A stretch of 64,000 nt of DNA from Lingula anatina (lineage: Eukaryota > Animalia > Brachiopoda): assembly GCA_051362555.1 (NCBI GenBank), contig CM120647.1, positions 8,184,001-8,248,000 on the forward strand, given 5' to 3'. The position numbers and the translations under genes are program-made. Under the pieces are notes generated by a model. The model searched no databases, was not told where the DNA came from, and saw nothing but the letters and a program-made list of their open reading frames with translations. Below, piece after piece: positions 61,197 to 64,000 of the stretch. Numbering within the stretch: the first letter of the stretch is position 1; each line of letters begins with the position of its first letter.

Positions 61197-63359
61197 GTCA
61201 TTGAAGTTTAGACTTACCCGGCCCTCTAATACCAGTATTTTAATAGGTTTCATCAAATCAAGGAGTTATGTCAGAATATGGCTCATTGTTGAAATTACGC
61301 ACAAGTGATATATACAGTAATAATCTTTCAGTGACGTAGATGAACAATTAAAAAAGGAATTACTACGCCTAACCCTTCAATTGATATATACCAAGCAAAT
61401 AGAAAATGATGCCTACTAACTACCAACTGGCACTTGTTTCTAATGTCTTTAAAAGAAAATCTTTTTAGAAAATAATTCCATACATATCAGACTATGAGAA
61501 AATGATTAGTTAACGGTTATTTACTGTTAATTTATATTTAACAAACATATACATACACTGTATTCTTAATTTTGTTCATAGAGAAATGACAATGAATTAA
61601 ATGGCGGTGGCTGTGAAATCGAATCGAAGGAACCTCCGGTTTGGCTTGGAAAAGATCAATTCTGAATCAAAATTCGAGCCCGCTATGGCACGATTTGTAT
61701 TCCGCTAGGAACCGTAGTACAGTTTGTACAGATGACATTCATCCCATATAATAAGTATTAGTCCCAATACGACCGACTAACCCTGACCTGTGCATGTGGA
61801 ACCTCGCACTTCCATTCCTTGACAATTCCTGTCTCACCGGACCTTTAAAGAAACCAAGGCCTAGTTTCACGTATAAACCCTGTAAAGGACATAACCTACC
61901 ATCCCTTCAGTTTAGTATAGTCCACACACCCCTATTGAATAATAGACAATGCCACCTAGAGTGAGCAGTTCACTACACAGACACCTTAGAAGCAAGCAGT
62001 TGATTTTTATGCAGACACCTAAGAAGCTAGAATTTTGTCATACAAAAGAGGACATAAAATTGTAAGTTTCATTTACTTTACTTTATACAACTGTCATTGT
62101 TACTATTAAATTCATATTGAGTTAAAATTTAGTTTTAGGTATATATATATTTACAAGTCTCAGTAAAATTTGGGTGTGGACTCGTGGATAATTTCAAAAG
62201 AAGTGTGTCATTTTTCTTTATTATTTAATGTATTCACTTTATTAATATTTATTTATCTGTTTGTTTCTTTATATCTATATATATATAATGTGCTCTAGGG
62301 TTTTTGTCAGTTATTTAAGCATATTTATTTTTACAGATTTGAACCATACATACGCACGTATACAGTCACACAAGTTTGTGTAGAGACAGTTAATCGTATG
62401 AGTACAAATACAGTCTCCTCTTTTGTATCGAAGTGTCACCCGTCATAGGCCCACTATTTTTCAGAAAACGGCCCCTTTGAGGCAACTTTTCTGGTACCTT
62501 TTAACATAATTCGTTCATTCTAACCCCCCCCCCTCTCAAGTTTCTGCCCAAGGTCCTTAAAAGAATTTCCTATTAGTATAATACATTTACTGTACTAAAG
62601 CAATCTTTCAATTACGCTTTATGTGAAATTGTAATGGAACAGGCTGTTGAAAATATAATTGGTCTTCAGATGATGATAAATGATAGAAATTAAAATTTTT
62701 AGACCTATTTCATCGTGGACAGCAGGATGGGCCGGATGAGAAATTAACAAATTGTTCATTTAGCAATGGTAGAACGGAAATATCCTGAAAAGGGGGGAGC
62801 GGACTGTGTGTGTGTGTGTGTGTGTGTCCTTGATTGTAAACCCGACTGTCGCTGTGCTATTCTTTAACCTTAACATTAAAAAATATTATCATTATTACTT
62901 TTTTGTTGTTGTTGTTAAAATCTCAATTTACAAATAATTAATTTAAACAAAACACTTTTTGTATCAAAAATAAGGTTTGATATACATGTTTCCAGCCTAA
63001 ACTCCAACTTAAAATTATCATTGCAATAAAAATTTAGATGCTGGAATTAATTGGGTTACTAATCGCAAAGTTTAGTGATGTATTTTTTCCTTTTTTATTT
63101 ATTTTTTACAAATAATATATCGATGTTTTAATTTGATCAGTAACCCCGTTGACGAGGAGAATGCTTTATGAAGTGTTTCTGGGTGGCCGGAACGGAGGAA
63201 AGTAATTTTATATTCTGAAGTGGTGGCCCGTTTAGAGAATTTTAATAGTCACATTTATTGGTTGTCAAATTTTCGATCAATATATTAATTTGGTTCCACA
63301 TACAGCAGCAATTTAAGTTTATGTCATTCACTTAAATGCTTATACGTAACTTGTGCATT

Positions 63360-63362
<3 letters not shown>

Positions 63363-63427
<65 letters not shown>
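63363..63427. repeat. (AT)n microsatellite; others include (GT)n 17814-17848, (AAAT)n about 19860-19913, (CA)n 25790-25830, poly-A 60664-60718
   Basis: Direct reading of the sequence. Confidence 0.95.
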
Positions 63428-63428
<1 letters not shown>

Positions 63429-63531
63429 GCAGTAGTTTTGGTATATATTATGAGCAAATAAGCAAGATATCCCATAGAAGTATAACTTGTCACGGTAAAC
63501 GAACACGCACACAACAGACGACTAAAGGAAG

Positions 63532-63966
63532 ATGCTGCCCTCCGTCAACTTGATCGTGACCACGGCATGTGCAGGCCTCTTGCTCGTAGCTACTTTACCC
63601 GCACCCGGCACGCAGGATGGACAAGATGGTACTGCCATAGACGACCCGACCTCGGTGGAATCGATGTGCAAGATTGGCAACCTCACGAAAGATGGTCGCC
63701 CTCTCGTTGTGCTTCAACGAGACGGTACCTTGAAGGCGTGCAGCTGCGCTGCGCCCAGTGCCCCCTGCCCTGTGACGCCCTCTATAAATGCCACCTACAA
63801 TGACGTGTGCAACAGAGGGGTGGCCACGGCCTTGTACGATTTTGTCGCTCCCAGTTCGCCGGCGAATCCTTGGACGGTCTTCGTTTCTTGTCACTGTCAG
63901 TGCGACGAGGTGGCGACATGTCGACATGGTAACTGTATTGACTGGGTCATGTCTCTCAGACAATAA
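63532..63966 (+). CDS. Small secreted cysteine-rich protein of unknown family (144 aa)
   Basis: GC-rich ORF in AT-rich background, hydrophobic N-terminus MLPSVNLIVTTACAGLLLVATLPAPG, 10 Cys in the predicted mature part. Confidence 0.65.
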   Translation: MLPSVNLIVTTACAGLLLVATLPAPGTQDGQDGTAIDDPTSVESMCKIGNLTKDGRPLVVLQRDGTLKACSCAAPSAPCPVTPSINATYNDVCNRGVATALYDFVAPSSPANPWTVFVSCHCQCDEVATCRHGNCIDWVMSLRQ

Positions 63967-64000
63967 ATAGGTAAATACACGCATGTATACTTCAATTCAT

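Larger units (their letters stand above)
49190..62990 (+). repeat. Tandem segmental duplication (about 49190-55620 and 56320-62990)
   Basis: Exons, introns and more than 1 kb of 3' flank align between the two units (e.g. 55070-55620 vs 62445-62990). Confidence 0.9.

Overview
AT-rich, intron-rich animal (invertebrate) genomic DNA; a lophotrochozoan or mollusc-like host is my inference only. Genes reconstructed by eye from GT-AG junctions and reading phase: the 5' part of an SLC20/PiT Na-phosphate transporter (-), a secreted coiled-coil + C-type lectin (-), a Golgi carbohydrate sulfotransferase (+), three 8-exon ARSB/ARSI/ARSJ-like sulfatases (one -, two + tandem duplicates with GPI-like tails) and a small secreted Cys-rich protein (+). 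The most unusual object is a young 4.4-kb tyrosine-recombinase (DIRS-order, Ngaro/PAT-type) retroelement at 37275-41651 in a sulfatase intron. Its split direct repeats are arranged A1-SGNH hydrolase-tandem array-B1/A2-gag-(pol deleted)-B2. The gag AUG appears to be created only by splicing, and the array consists of 13 two-hairpin modules with covarying stems. It is nested inside a ~9-kb TIR element, and many MITEs are also present. All coordinates were counted by hand and no database searches were run.
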